A stretch of DNA of 64,000 nt from Paracoccaceae bacterium (GTDB taxonomy: Bacteria > Pseudomonadota > Alphaproteobacteria > Rhodobacterales > Rhodobacteraceae), in NCBI GenBank assembly GCA_014323795.1, contig JACONK010000026.1:4475-68474 (forward strand), written 5' to 3'. Of the stretch, positions 42,942-53,024 are shown in pieces. The notes beneath the pieces were generated by a model. That model saw only the letters and a program-made list of their open reading frames with translations. It was not told the DNA's origin and made no database searches. Both the position numbers and the translations under genes were made by a program. Position 1 is the first letter of the stretch, and each line of letters starts with the position of its first letter.

Positions 42942-43661
42942 TTGGCCCTGATCAAGGCAAAACGCTTTTGGACCGATGTCACCGTTGAAAAAGAGGACGG
43001 GGGCTGGGCTGTCGCGCTGGATGGTCGCCGCGTATCCACTCCGGCAAAAGCCGTGCTTGTTTTGCCAACGGAGAAAGCGGCTCAAATGGTCGCTGACGAA
43101 TGGAAAGCGGTGGAGGATGAGATTGATCCAAGGCATATGCCCGCAACCCGCCGGGCCAATTCGGCAGTCGACAGGGTCGTGCCACAACGCGACAGTCTCA
43201 TCGCCATGCTGGCCGGATACGGCGGCAGCGACTTGTTGTGCTACCGCGCAGATCGGCCTGTCGGGTTACAAGCAATCCAGGCGGAAGCGTGGGATCCGCC
43301 GCTCGCCTGGGCCGCGGCGGTTCTGGACGCGCCGCTGACGGTCATCCAAGGCATCAGCCCGATAGTGCAACCGGCAGATTCGCTCGAAAATCTGTGCGCT
43401 GTCCTTGAAACCCTCGATGCCTTTGCCTTGGCGGCTGTGCACGATCTCGTCACGATTTCCGGTTCTCTTGTTCTTGGGCTTTCCGTGGCGCGGGGTGCGA
43501 TGGATGTGGATGAAGCCTGGGCTGCCAGCCGGGTGGATGATGTCTGGCAAATCGCCCAATGGGGTGCGGATGCGGAGGCAGAATCGTCCGCCGCAGCCAA
43601 AAAGGCTGACTTCGATTCTGCTGCCCACACGCTTACAGCCCTGGGCTATCCGGTGGCCTGA
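42942..43661 (+). CDS. ATP12 family F1-ATPase chaperone
   Basis: KRFWTDV, LDGRRVSTP, SDLLCYRA, WQIAQWGAD; TTG start. Confidence 0.88.
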   Translation: MALIKAKRFWTDVTVEKEDGGWAVALDGRRVSTPAKAVLVLPTEKAAQMVADEWKAVEDEIDPRHMPATRRANSAVDRVVPQRDSLIAMLAGYGGSDLLCYRADRPVGLQAIQAEAWDPPLAWAAAVLDAPLTVIQGISPIVQPADSLENLCAVLETLDAFALAAVHDLVTISGSLVLGLSVARGAMDVDEAWAASRVDDVWQIAQWGADAEAESSAAAKKADFDSAAHTLTALGYPVA

Positions 43662-43882
43662 TCACGCCTGCCTTGCATAATGCATCAGCAGCCCCGGATT
43701 TTCAGGGGTATTTATGGGGCAAACCGAAATAAAGACAACCGCACAAACCGCTTGACATACCTGCTGGATCGCGGGCAGGGTGGCTTGGCCTGTGCAAAAG
43801 TCTTGCAACAGTAGGATAACCCGGAGGGAACACGACCTCCATTGCCGCCCCCGACAGGGCGGTGCTTCAGGAAGAGGTAAAA

Positions 43883-44902
43883 ATGAAAAAATCAACTTTC
43901 TTCGGTGCTTTCGCAGCCGCCGCCATGGCTGTCGGTTTTGCAACCGCGGGTACGCTCGATGATGTGAAGGCCAAGGGCTTCCTTCAGTGTGGCGTGAACA
44001 CCGGACTGACCGGCTTCGCCACTGCCGACGCCAACGGGAATTGGGATGGCTTCGATATAGCTGTGTGCCGCGCTGTTGCCGCTGCCGTTCTTGGCGATCC
44101 GAAAGCCGTCAAATTCACCCCGACCACTACCAAATCCCGCTTCACCGCGCTGGCTTCGGGCGAGGTAGACATGCTTTCACGGAACACAACCTGGACGTTT
44201 TCCCGCGATGTTGACCTGAAGTTCACCTTCGCCGGAATTAATTACTATGACGGTCAGGGCTTCATGGTTCCCAAAGAGCTGGGTGTATCTTCCGCCAGGC
44301 AACTGGATGGTGCAACCATCTGCATCCAGACTGGTACCACGACCGAACTGAATCTGGCGGATTTCTTCCGTGTGAACAACATCAGCTACGAGCCTGTTCC
44401 GATTGAGACCAATGCTGAAGCACAAGCCCAGTACCTCGCACGTTCCTGTGACGTCTACACCACGGACGCTTCCGGTCTGGCAGCGACCCGCGCAACCTTT
44501 GAAGATCCTTCCGCACACGTCGTGCTGCCGGAGATTATCTCCAAAGAACCGCTGGGCCCGCTTGTTCGTCACGGCGACAACCAGTGGGGCGATATCGTGC
44601 GCTGGACACTTAATGCCCTGATCGCGGCCGAAGAGCTGGGCATCACCTCCGCCAACATCAGCGAGATGTCATCTGCGCCGACCAGCAACCCGGAAATCAA
44701 CCGCATGATGGGTACCGAAGGCAGCCTTGGAGAGATGCTGGGCCTGTCCGCTGACTTTGCGAAGAATGCGATTGCAGCTGGCGGCAACTATGGCGAAATC
44801 TTCGAAAGGTACGTCGGTGAGAATACGCCGCTTGGCCTGTCCCGCGGCCTGAACGCCCAGTGGACAGACGGTGGCCTGCTCTACAGCCCGCCGTTCCGCT
44901 AG
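43883..44902 (+). CDS. aapJ: General L-amino acid ABC transporter substrate-binding protein
   Basis: Signal peptide, RNTTWTFSRD, QTGTTTELN, ISKEPLGP, YSPPFR. Confidence 0.92.
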   Translation: MKKSTFFGAFAAAAMAVGFATAGTLDDVKAKGFLQCGVNTGLTGFATADANGNWDGFDIAVCRAVAAAVLGDPKAVKFTPTTTKSRFTALASGEVDMLSRNTTWTFSRDVDLKFTFAGINYYDGQGFMVPKELGVSSARQLDGATICIQTGTTTELNLADFFRVNNISYEPVPIETNAEAQAQYLARSCDVYTTDASGLAATRATFEDPSAHVVLPEIISKEPLGPLVRHGDNQWGDIVRWTLNALIAAEELGITSANISEMSSAPTSNPEINRMMGTEGSLGEMLGLSADFAKNAIAAGGNYGEIFERYVGENTPLGLSRGLNAQWTDGGLLYSPPFR

Positions 44903-44912
44903 GACAACGGAT

Positions 44913-44946
44913 AGGGGCGCGCTGCTGAAATAGTCGCGCCCCTTTT
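44913..44946 (+). terminator. Intra-operon hairpin after aapJ (attenuator/stabiliser)
   Basis: AGGGGCGCG / CGCGCCCCT stem followed by TTT. Confidence 0.55.
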
Positions 44947-45061
44947 GATTAAGGAACTTTAAAACAACAATATACGGTCAGCCAGTTCCCCCGCATCCGG
45001 GCTTAAAAGCTGCACCGACGACCCTGCAAACGGGGCGTCTGATAAGGGAAGGAAGACATTT

Positions 45062-46330
45062 ATGTCATCCAAATCGGCTCCCGTGCAAGGTGGCTTCCGG
45101 TTTAGCCAGCTTATCTACGACACGCGCTATCGGTCGAATACGATTCAGACGGTTGCCCTTATCGCGCTGATGGCACTGATCTGGTGGCTCGTGAACAACA
45201 CGCTGACAAACCTGGAGGCTTCGGGAAAAGGCCTCGGTTTCAGTTTTTTGACAGAGACATCCGGTTACGACATTAACCAGCACCTGCTGGAGTACGATGC
45301 TCGCGACAGCCACCTGCGGGCCTCTTTAATCGGGGTTTTGAACACGCTTTTGCTTGCCTTCATGGGCTGTGTTACCGCGACAATCGTCGGTGTGTTTGTG
45401 GGTGTTCTGCGCCTGTCAAAGAACTGGCTCATTGCGCGAATCATGACAGTCTATATTGAGATGTTCCGCAATATTCCGGTGCTTTTGTGGATACTTATCG
45501 TCTTTGGTGTGATGATCGAGATCATGCCAACGCCCCGTGACTTTCGGGGGGACAACCCGGCGGCCTCCATGATGCTGTTTGACAGTGTTGCGATCACAAA
45601 CCGCGGTATCTACATACCTGAGCCGCTGTTTTCGCGGCCCATCGGCGATGTGTCCTTTTTCCCCAAATCCAGCATGCGGTTTGATGTCAGCCTGGAACTG
45701 GTTGCTTTTTTGATCGCGCTTGGTGCGGGCATTTTCGCCTCTGGCCGGCTGAAGCGTCGTGCGGACAGAATTCAAAACGAAACAGGTGACCGTCCGACCA
45801 CCTGGTGGCAACGCACAGTTTGCGTCGTCGTCCTGCCCGTACTGGTGCTGATCGCGTGTGGTTTCCACCTCGGTTATCCGGAGCTGAAAGGCTTCAACTT
45901 CCAGGGTGGTACTTACATGCGCAACTCGTTGATTGCGCTCTGGCTCGCCCTGTCGCTCTACACTGCGGCATTCATCGCGGAGATCGTTCGTGCCGGCATC
46001 ATGGCAATTTCGAAAGGCCAGACGGAAGCGTCCCTTGCGCTGGGTATAAGCCCAGGTCGCACAATGAGCCTCGTGGTTTTGCCACAGGCACTGCGGGTGA
46101 TTATCCCGCCGCTGATTTCGCATTATCTGAACCTGACCAAGAACTCATCACTCGCCATTGCCGTGGGCTACATGGATATCACCGGAACGCTGATGGGCAT
46201 CACGCTCAACGTGACCGGCCGGGAGATAGAGACGGTCCTTCTGGTGATGCTCATCTATCTGTCAATATCCCTGAGCATTTCTGCGGTGATGAACGTGTAC
46301 AACAATCGCGTTAAACTGGTGGAGCGGTGA
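45062..46330 (+). CDS. aapQ: Amino acid ABC transporter permease
   Basis: IEMFRNIP, AEIVRAGI, NLTKNSSLA. Confidence 0.9.
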   Translation: MSSKSAPVQGGFRFSQLIYDTRYRSNTIQTVALIALMALIWWLVNNTLTNLEASGKGLGFSFLTETSGYDINQHLLEYDARDSHLRASLIGVLNTLLLAFMGCVTATIVGVFVGVLRLSKNWLIARIMTVYIEMFRNIPVLLWILIVFGVMIEIMPTPRDFRGDNPAASMMLFDSVAITNRGIYIPEPLFSRPIGDVSFFPKSSMRFDVSLELVAFLIALGAGIFASGRLKRRADRIQNETGDRPTTWWQRTVCVVVLPVLVLIACGFHLGYPELKGFNFQGGTYMRNSLIALWLALSLYTAAFIAEIVRAGIMAISKGQTEASLALGISPGRTMSLVVLPQALRVIIPPLISHYLNLTKNSSLAIAVGYMDITGTLMGITLNVTGREIETVLLVMLIYLSISLSISAVMNVYNNRVKLVER

Positions 46331-46331
46331 T

Positions 46332-47636
46332 ATGGCCCAGGTTGCTTATGTCCGCCATAAAATGCTGCCGGAACAGACACCGCCGCCCAACAGCGTCGGT
46401 ACGATAGGCTGGCTTCGCACAAACCTGTTTTCCGGCTGGTTCAATACCCTTCTGACCATTGTCGCGGTGCTGTTGATCTTCCGGCTTTTGGCGAATGTAC
46501 TCCCTTGGGCACTGGTGCCGACCTGGGGCGGGACAAGCCTCGGCAACTGTCGGGAAATCCTGCAAGAAATGGGCCGGGAAGGGCATTTCGCAGGCGCGTG
46601 CTGGGGGGTCATCCGGGAACGCTGGCTGCAGCTCTTCTTTGGGTTTTACCCGTCGGAGATTTACTGGCGCCCGATCCTGGCCTTCTTCGGGCTTTTTGTG
46701 GCCTTATCACCGATCCTGTTCCCGGAACACGCATTCAGGCTGATCGGGTTTTCGGCGATCTATCCCTTCATCGTGGTCTATCTGATCTGGGGCGGGTCAA
46801 TCTGGGGGCCGGTCATGGCACTGCTGGGCTTTGTCATCGGTTACATGGTACTCAAATTCCTGACGGAGCCTTTGGGTCGGTTGGCCGCAACGATTGCTGC
46901 TTTCCTCTTGCCCGTGCTGTGGTGGCTGTTCCTAGCGTCGCCAATAGCGGGCACATTTGCTAACGTTCTGCCTCTGGCATTGCAACCGGTTGAATCCGCC
47001 AAGGTTGGCGGTTTCATGCTCGCCTTTATCATCGGCGTAACCGGCATTGCCGCTTCATTGCCCATTGGCATCGTACTGGCACTGGGCCGTCGATCAGATC
47101 TTATCATCCTGAAAGGTATCTGCGTCGGCTTCATTGAATTCATTCGCGGTGTACCTCTGATTACGCTCCTCTTCGTGGCTTCCACGCTGCTCAACATCTT
47201 CATGCCACCTGGCACCAAATTCGACCTGGTGTTGCGCGTGACCATCATGGTGACACTGTTTTCATCCGCCTATATGGCAGAGGTGATACGCGGTGGCCTC
47301 GCAGCCCTGTCCAAAGGTCAGTACGAAGCAGCGGACAGTCTTGGCCTCGACTACTGGCAGTCGCAGAGGCTGATCATCATGCCGCAAGCACTGAAGATTT
47401 CGATTCCCGGGATCGTTGGTAACTTCATCGGTCTTTTCAAAGACACCACGCTGGTGTCGGTTATCGCCCTGTGGGATCCGATCCTTCTATCCACAAACAT
47501 CCGTGCGGACACGAACTGGAACGGTATCCTGTGGGAACTTTACGGATTTATCGCTGTGGTTTTCTTTATCACCTGTTTCTCGATGTCCCGATATTCCATG
47601 TATCTTGAGCGCAAGCTCGCTACAGATCATCGCTAG
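46332..47636 (+). CDS. aapM: Amino acid ABC transporter permease
   Basis: [23 protein letters not shown]. Confidence 0.9.
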   Translation: MAQVAYVRHKMLPEQTPPPNSVGTIGWLRTNLFSGWFNTLLTIVAVLLIFRLLANVLPWALVPTWGGTSLGNCREILQEMGREGHFAGACWGVIRERWLQLFFGFYPSEIYWRPILAFFGLFVALSPILFPEHAFRLIGFSAIYPFIVVYLIWGGSIWGPVMALLGFVIGYMVLKFLTEPLGRLAATIAAFLLPVLWWLFLASPIAGTFANVLPLALQPVESAKVGGFMLAFIIGVTGIAASLPIGIVLALGRRSDLIILKGICVGFIEFIRGVPLITLLFVASTLLNIFMPPGTKFDLVLRVTIMVTLFSSAYMAEVIRGGLAALSKGQYEAADSLGLDYWQSQRLIIMPQALKISIPGIVGNFIGLFKDTTLVSVIALWDPILLSTNIRADTNWNGILWELYGFIAVVFFITCFSMSRYSMYLERKLATDHR

Positions 47637-47647
47637 GGAGACCTCTT

Positions 47648-48415
47648 ATGGATGAATCTGCACAAATGACAGTGAGCAACGAGGTCGCGATCCGGATCAT
47701 CAGTATGAACAAGTGGTATGGGGCATTTCACGTGCTGCGCGATATCGACATGACCGTTTATCGCGGGGAGCGGATCGTGATCTGCGGGCCTTCCGGTTCC
47801 GGCAAATCGACGCTGATCCGCTGCATCAATGCGCTGGAAGAACACCAGAAAGGCAAGATTGTGGTCGATGGCACGGTGCTGTCTTCGGACCTCAAGAACA
47901 TAGATAAAATCCGTTCAGAAGTTGGTATGTGCTTTCAGCATTTCAACCTGTTTCCACATCTGACGATCCTGGAAAACTGCACACTTGCCCCGATCCAGGT
48001 GCGCAGGGTACCGAAGAAAGAAGCAGAAGAAACGGCGATGCACTTCCTGGAAAAGGTGAAAATTCCTGAACAGGCAGACAAGTACCCCGGCCAATTGTCC
48101 GGCGGTCAGCAGCAGCGGGTGGCGATTGCGCGATCCTTGTGCATGCGCCCGCGGATCATGCTTTTTGACGAGCCGACATCCGCGCTCGACCCGGAGATGA
48201 TCAAAGAAGTACTGGATACCATGATCCAGCTCGCCGAAGAGGGGATGACCATGCTCTGCGTGACCCACGAGATGGGGTTTGCCCGGCAGGTGGCGAATCG
48301 GGTCATTTTCATGGACGATGGCCAGATCGTGGAACAGAACGAGCCGGAAGAGTTCTTCGGCAAACCGCGGTCGGACCGTACCAAACTGTTCCTGAGCCAG
48401 ATCCTCGGACACTAG
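47648..48415 (+). CDS. aapP: Amino acid ABC transporter ATP-binding protein
   Basis: [27 protein letters not shown]. Confidence 0.93.
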   Translation: MDESAQMTVSNEVAIRIISMNKWYGAFHVLRDIDMTVYRGERIVICGPSGSGKSTLIRCINALEEHQKGKIVVDGTVLSSDLKNIDKIRSEVGMCFQHFNLFPHLTILENCTLAPIQVRRVPKKEAEETAMHFLEKVKIPEQADKYPGQLSGGQQQRVAIARSLCMRPRIMLFDEPTSALDPEMIKEVLDTMIQLAEEGMTMLCVTHEMGFARQVANRVIFMDDGQIVEQNEPEEFFGKPRSDRTKLFLSQILGH

Positions 48416-48416
48416 G

Positions 48417-48920
48417 TTACGAAAATAATTGACCTGAAAGGGAAGCGCAGCTGTCTGTCACTGTGGTCAGGCTTTTGTCCGTACTTTTAGGGGATTTCTG
48501 TTCCTCACACTGAAGTATTTCACCCAGGGAAGTCTGTGCCCCGTGGATTTTTTCCAGGGCGGTTCGGAGCTGGGCTGTCAGTGCTTCAAAGGCTTCCGAG
48601 GTTGTCGCGTCTTTCCTGCCTATGAGCACGTAATCCCAGCCGGGCCGGGCGGCGGTCGGAAGAGTGAGCCGTGCGATTTCCCGGAGGCGGCGTTTGGCGC
48701 GGTTTCGGGCGACTGCATTGCCCACTTTTCTGGAGCAGGTGAAGCCGACATTGACCGCCGGTTTTCCGTCGCGCCGGTCACGGGCTTGCAGAACAAAGGC
48801 CCTGGTTCCGAAATGCCGCTGATTGTTGCAGGCCAGAAACTGCGTACGCTTGCGCATCGTGTAAACAGCAACTGGCGACGGGACGACTTCCGGCCCCATC
48901 GGCGGTTTCAAATCCGTCAT
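48417..48920 (-). CDS. rnpA: Ribonuclease P protein component, with C-terminal extension
   Basis: VGFTCSRKVGNAVARNRAKRRLRE RNR motif. Confidence 0.92.
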   Translation of the reverse strand: MTDLKPPMGPEVVPSPVAVYTMRKRTQFLACNNQRHFGTRAFVLQARDRRDGKPAVNVGFTCSRKVGNAVARNRAKRRLREIARLTLPTAARPGWDYVLIGRKDATTSEAFEALTAQLRTALEKIHGAQTSLGEILQCEEQKSPKSTDKSLTTVTDSCASLSGQLFS

Positions 48921-48934
48921 GGAAGTGCTGCCTG

Positions 48935-49069
48935 TCAGGCACTCAGATTTTTGCGGCCTTGCGCCCGGCGGCGGTTCAATACCTTGCGGCCACCCCTCGT
49001 TGCCATACGGGCACGAAAGCCGTGGCGGCGTTTGCGAACCAGTTTTGACGGCTGATATGTGCGTTTCAT
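48935..49069 (-). CDS. rpmH: 50S ribosomal protein L34 (below ORF-track size cutoff)
   Basis: [44 protein letters not shown]. Confidence 0.97.
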   Translation of the reverse strand: MKRTYQPSKLVRKRRHGFRARMATRGGRKVLNRRRAQGRKNLSA

Positions 49070-49283
49070 TTGGTCCAGGCTCCGCTTGTTTATCCAGGGT
49101 CCAGATCGTGATAATTCGAAAGGCCCGTGCCTTCAGGAACAGTTGCTTACAGCCGTGTGCAGAGCAAGTCAATTGCTGCAAACACGCTTTTCTGCCAATA
49201 TTTTCAGTGGATTCTCATGTCCATTTCAGTCATGTCAGTGCTTGTTTCATGCCTTTTCAAACGGATCTGTACATGTATGCCTC

Positions 49284-50036
49284 ATGGAAAACGAAAAGGA
49301 TGCTGAAATGGGTACTGTTAAACAACCGGCCGAGGGCCGTATCAAACGCCTGTTACCCTTGATCGTGATCGGGCTTGTGGCCCTGCTGGGATACGTATTC
49401 CTGCATGACTTTCTGACGTTCGAGACCTTGAGCGATAACCGGGAAACGCTGATCGATTGGCGCGACAGAAACTACCTTCTGGCTGCGGTGGCCTTTATCG
49501 GGCTTTACGCTGTCGTGGTTGTCTTCTCTCTGCCGGGGGCCGCGATCCTGACGCTGACGGGTGGCTTCCTCTTTGATATTTTCCCCGGTTCAATCTTCTG
49601 CGTTCTGGGTGCGACGTTGGGTGCGGTCGGCATTTTTATGGCTGCCAAAACAGGTTTGGGCAACCTGCTGCAGGAAAAGATCAAGGGCCAGAAAGGCATG
49701 ATGGCCCGTATCGATGCCGGCCTGAAAGAAAATGAGATCAGTTATCTTCTCCTGATGCGTTTGGTTCCGGCAATACCCTTTTTCCTGGCAAACCTCGCCC
49801 CGGCTTTCCTGGGAGTATCCTTGCGCAACTACATTTTCACGACATTCTTCGGTATCATGCCCGGGGCGGTGGTTTACGCCAGTGTCGGTGCCGGCCTGGG
49901 CGAGGTGTTCGCCCGCGGCGAGATACCCGACCCTGGCATTATCTTTACGCCAAATATTCTGGGCCCGATCCTGGGGCTCTGTGTGCTGGCCACCTTGCCA
50001 ATCATTATCAAACGCTTCCGAAAAGCGAAGGACTAA
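49284..50036 (+). CDS. TVP38/TMEM64 (DedA/SNARE-associated) membrane protein
   Basis: FSLPGA, RLVPAIPFFLANL, TTFFGIMPG; start approximate. Confidence 0.88.
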   Translation: MENEKDAEMGTVKQPAEGRIKRLLPLIVIGLVALLGYVFLHDFLTFETLSDNRETLIDWRDRNYLLAAVAFIGLYAVVVVFSLPGAAILTLTGGFLFDIFPGSIFCVLGATLGAVGIFMAAKTGLGNLLQEKIKGQKGMMARIDAGLKENEISYLLLMRLVPAIPFFLANLAPAFLGVSLRNYIFTTFFGIMPGAVVYASVGAGLGEVFARGEIPDPGIIFTPNILGPILGLCVLATLPIIIKRFRKAKD

Positions 50037-50041
50037 GACCC

Positions 50042-51457
50042 ATGGAACGAATCATGACGGATATCTGTGTGATCGGCGGTGGCTCCGGTGGCCTGTCGGT
50101 CGCTGCAGGGGCGGTGCAGATGGGGGCGAAGGTGGTTCTGCTCGAAGGGCACAAGATGGGTGGTGATTGTCTGAACTACGGCTGCGTTCCTTCCAAGGCC
50201 CTGATTGCCGCCGGCAAACACGCCCATTGTACGGGCAGCGGTGCGCCCTTTGGTGTCACACCGGCAGAGACGAAGGTGGACTACGCCGCAGCCAAAGACC
50301 ATGTCCGATCGGTCATCGCAGGCATTGAGCCGCACGACAGTGTTGACCGGTTCAAGGGATTGGGTGTCAACGTCATCACCGAATACGGCAGCTTCGTTTC
50401 ACCGACCGAAGTGCAGGCAGGCGATACGATTATTAAAGCGCGTCGGTTTGTGATTTCCACCGGTTCCGGTCCCTTCGTGCCGGCGATCCCGGGTATTGAT
50501 GACACACCGCATTTTACTAACGAGAATATCTTTGAACTGCGCGACAGGCCGGATCACTTGATCGTAATTGGCGGCGGCCCCATAGGAATGGAAATGGCGC
50601 AGGCACACGTCCGGCTGGGCTGCAGGGTAACAGTGCTCGAAGGCATGAAGGCACTCGGCAAAGATGATCCGGAACTGGCGGCTGTCGTGCTCGAAAATAT
50701 CCGGGCAGAGGGTGTACAGATTGTCGAAGACGCCACCGCTGTGCAGCTGCGCGGGACAGGGGGTATCATAGAGGTCAAAATTAAGAACGGCCAGGTGTTC
50801 AAGGGCAGCCATCTGTTGATGGCCGTCGGGCGCACCCCAAACATTGACAAACTGGGGCTGGAGGCTGCGGGCATCGAACACACCCGTACCGGCATAACGG
50901 TCGACGACAGCCTAAAGACCAGCAATCGCAAAGTCTATGCCATCGGTGATGTGGCCGGTGGTCTGCAGTTCACACATGTCGCGGGCTACCACGCTGGCGT
51001 CATCATCCGCTCCGCCCTGTTCGGCCTGCCGTCGAAGGCTAAAAATACACATATTCCCTGGGCCACCTACACCGACCCGGAACTGGCGCAGGTCGGCATG
51101 ACGGAGGCGCAAGCCAAAGAAGCTTATGGCGAGAGGCTGGAGGTCGTACGCTTCCCCTACGCGGAAAATGACCGCGCCCGGGCGGAACTGAAAACTCAAG
51201 GCATGGTCAAGGTCATGGTTGTGAATGGTCGTCCCGTCGGTGCTTCCATTGCGGGTGCCCAGGCGGGCGAACTGATTGGCACCTGGGCACTCGCGCTCGC
51301 CAACAAAATGAAGATGAGCCAGGTCGCTGCCATGGTCGTGCCGTATCCCACGCTCGGCGAAATCAACAAACGTGCAGCGGGACAGTATTTCTCTCCCCGA
51401 CTCTTTGAAAGCGATACGGTCAAGCGCGTTGTTCGATTCGTGCAGCGTTTCGGTTGA
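50042..51457 (+). CDS. Pyridine nucleotide-disulphide oxidoreductase (MerA/Lpd-like)
   Basis: IGGGSGG, GGDCLNYGCVPSK, GGGPIGMEMA, YPT at C-terminus. Confidence 0.9.
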   Translation: MERIMTDICVIGGGSGGLSVAAGAVQMGAKVVLLEGHKMGGDCLNYGCVPSKALIAAGKHAHCTGSGAPFGVTPAETKVDYAAAKDHVRSVIAGIEPHDSVDRFKGLGVNVITEYGSFVSPTEVQAGDTIIKARRFVISTGSGPFVPAIPGIDDTPHFTNENIFELRDRPDHLIVIGGGPIGMEMAQAHVRLGCRVTVLEGMKALGKDDPELAAVVLENIRAEGVQIVEDATAVQLRGTGGIIEVKIKNGQVFKGSHLLMAVGRTPNIDKLGLEAAGIEHTRTGITVDDSLKTSNRKVYAIGDVAGGLQFTHVAGYHAGVIIRSALFGLPSKAKNTHIPWATYTDPELAQVGMTEAQAKEAYGERLEVVRFPYAENDRARAELKTQGMVKVMVVNGRPVGASIAGAQAGELIGTWALALANKMKMSQVAAMVVPYPTLGEINKRAAGQYFSPRLFESDTVKRVVRFVQRFG

Positions 51458-51507
51458 ACGCAGGCGGGCAGTCCCGGAACAGGGTCTATGGCACTGAAGG
51501 CACTGCC

Positions 51508-52902
51508 ATGGTTTTGAAGTCACTATCAGGCCGGTTTCTGATACTGACCATCATTTTTGTGATGCTGGCAGAGGTGTTGATCTTTGTGCCGTCCGTGTCT
51601 CGCTTCCGGGCGGACTATCTGCAGGAGCGATTGGAGCGATCCCGAATCGCGGTCTTGTCTGTGCTTGCCACCCCTGACGGTATGCTGATGGAACACCTGG
51701 AAAAAGAACTTTTGGATAGTGCCAATGTGCTTCACATCGTTTTGCATCGGGATGAAATGCAAGAATTGATTCTCGACTCTCCCATGCCTGGGATGGCAGA
51801 TGCGTATTTTGACTTGCGCGGCGTCAGTCCCTGGCGGCTGATCATGGATGCCTGCGGTACGCTTGCGACCGACAGGGACCGGGTGATCCGGGTGCTGGGT
51901 GAGCCTGTAAAAGGCGCGGGTCTTTTGATTGAGGTCTCGCTGGAAGAGGCGCCCCTGCGGATGGCCATGATCGATTACGGTTGGCGTATTTTGCAACTGT
52001 CGCTGGTGATCTCCGTCATTACCGCCTGTCTTCTGTTCGTGACCGTGCGCCGTTTCATGGTGCGGCCCATCGAACATCTGGTGCGCCAGATCAAGAGCTA
52101 TGAGGAGGCACCGGAAGATGTGCGTCGCATCATCCGGCCGCGTGCGTCAGTTACCGAAATCCGCGAGGCGGAGGTGGCACTCAATTCCATGGAAACCCGG
52201 TTGAGCCAGTCGCTCCGCCAGAAGGAACGGCTCGCCGCGCTGGGTGCGGCGGTCAGCAAGATTAGCCACGATTTGCGCAACATCCTGACAACCACGCAAC
52301 TGCTTGTGGACCGCATGGAGTATTCGGAAGATCCGCAGGTGCGCCGGTCTGCGCCCAAGCTCGTGAACTCCATCAGCCGGGCGGTGAATCTCTGCGAAAG
52401 CACACTCGCTTTTGGCAAGGCAGAGGAAAGGCATCCCAACATTACCAATGTTTCCTTAAATGTGCTCTTCAATGATGTGGCCGAGGCTGAACGGCTCGTC
52501 ATCGGAGAGGCACCGGTTAAGATCAGGGTCGCAGATGTTGGCGGGATGCAGGTGGACGCAGACCGTGACCATCTGTTCCGCGTAATCTCCAACCTTGTGC
52601 GCAACGGGCGGCAGGTTCTGATGGAGACAACGGATGGGGGCACGATAAGCCTCGGCGCGGTGGAGGTGGCGGGTGGCTGGCATATTACCGTGCACGATAC
52701 CGGGCCGGGCCTGCCGGAAAAGGCTATCGATAACATCTTCAAACCTTTCTCTGGCAGTGCGCGCAAGGGCGGGACGGGGTTGGGGCTTGCGATTTCTGCC
52801 GAGCTGATCGCCGCCCATGGTGGACGGCTGGAACTGGTGGAAAACTCCGCCGATGGGGCGGCATTCCGCATCTGGCTACCGTGTGTGACAGAGATGAATT
52901 GA
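51508..52902 (+). CDS. Membrane sensor histidine kinase (HAMP)
   Basis: Two TM segments, ISHDLRN, NLVRNG, DTGPG, GGTGLGL. Confidence 0.92.
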   Translation: MVLKSLSGRFLILTIIFVMLAEVLIFVPSVSRFRADYLQERLERSRIAVLSVLATPDGMLMEHLEKELLDSANVLHIVLHRDEMQELILDSPMPGMADAYFDLRGVSPWRLIMDACGTLATDRDRVIRVLGEPVKGAGLLIEVSLEEAPLRMAMIDYGWRILQLSLVISVITACLLFVTVRRFMVRPIEHLVRQIKSYEEAPEDVRRIIRPRASVTEIREAEVALNSMETRLSQSLRQKERLAALGAAVSKISHDLRNILTTTQLLVDRMEYSEDPQVRRSAPKLVNSISRAVNLCESTLAFGKAEERHPNITNVSLNVLFNDVAEAERLVIGEAPVKIRVADVGGMQVDADRDHLFRVISNLVRNGRQVLMETTDGGTISLGAVEVAGGWHITVHDTGPGLPEKAIDNIFKPFSGSARKGGTGLGLAISAELIAAHGGRLELVENSADGAAFRIWLPCVTEMN

Positions 52903-53024
52903 CGATATCCACTGCCGCAAAGCTGCCTTGCGGCAGAATACTTAATACTTTTGGGGAAACTGCGGAAATTCCATATCCGGTTCGGATAATCTGCCCGGTG
53001 TGATTCTATCTTGGGAGCCTTGTC

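Noticed and set aside
43781-43796. sigma54 -24/-12 promoter (TGGC-N9-TGCA) upstream of aapJ
   Set aside because: Spacing fits but the match is degenerate, a TTGACA lies nearby, and no clear activator site was found.
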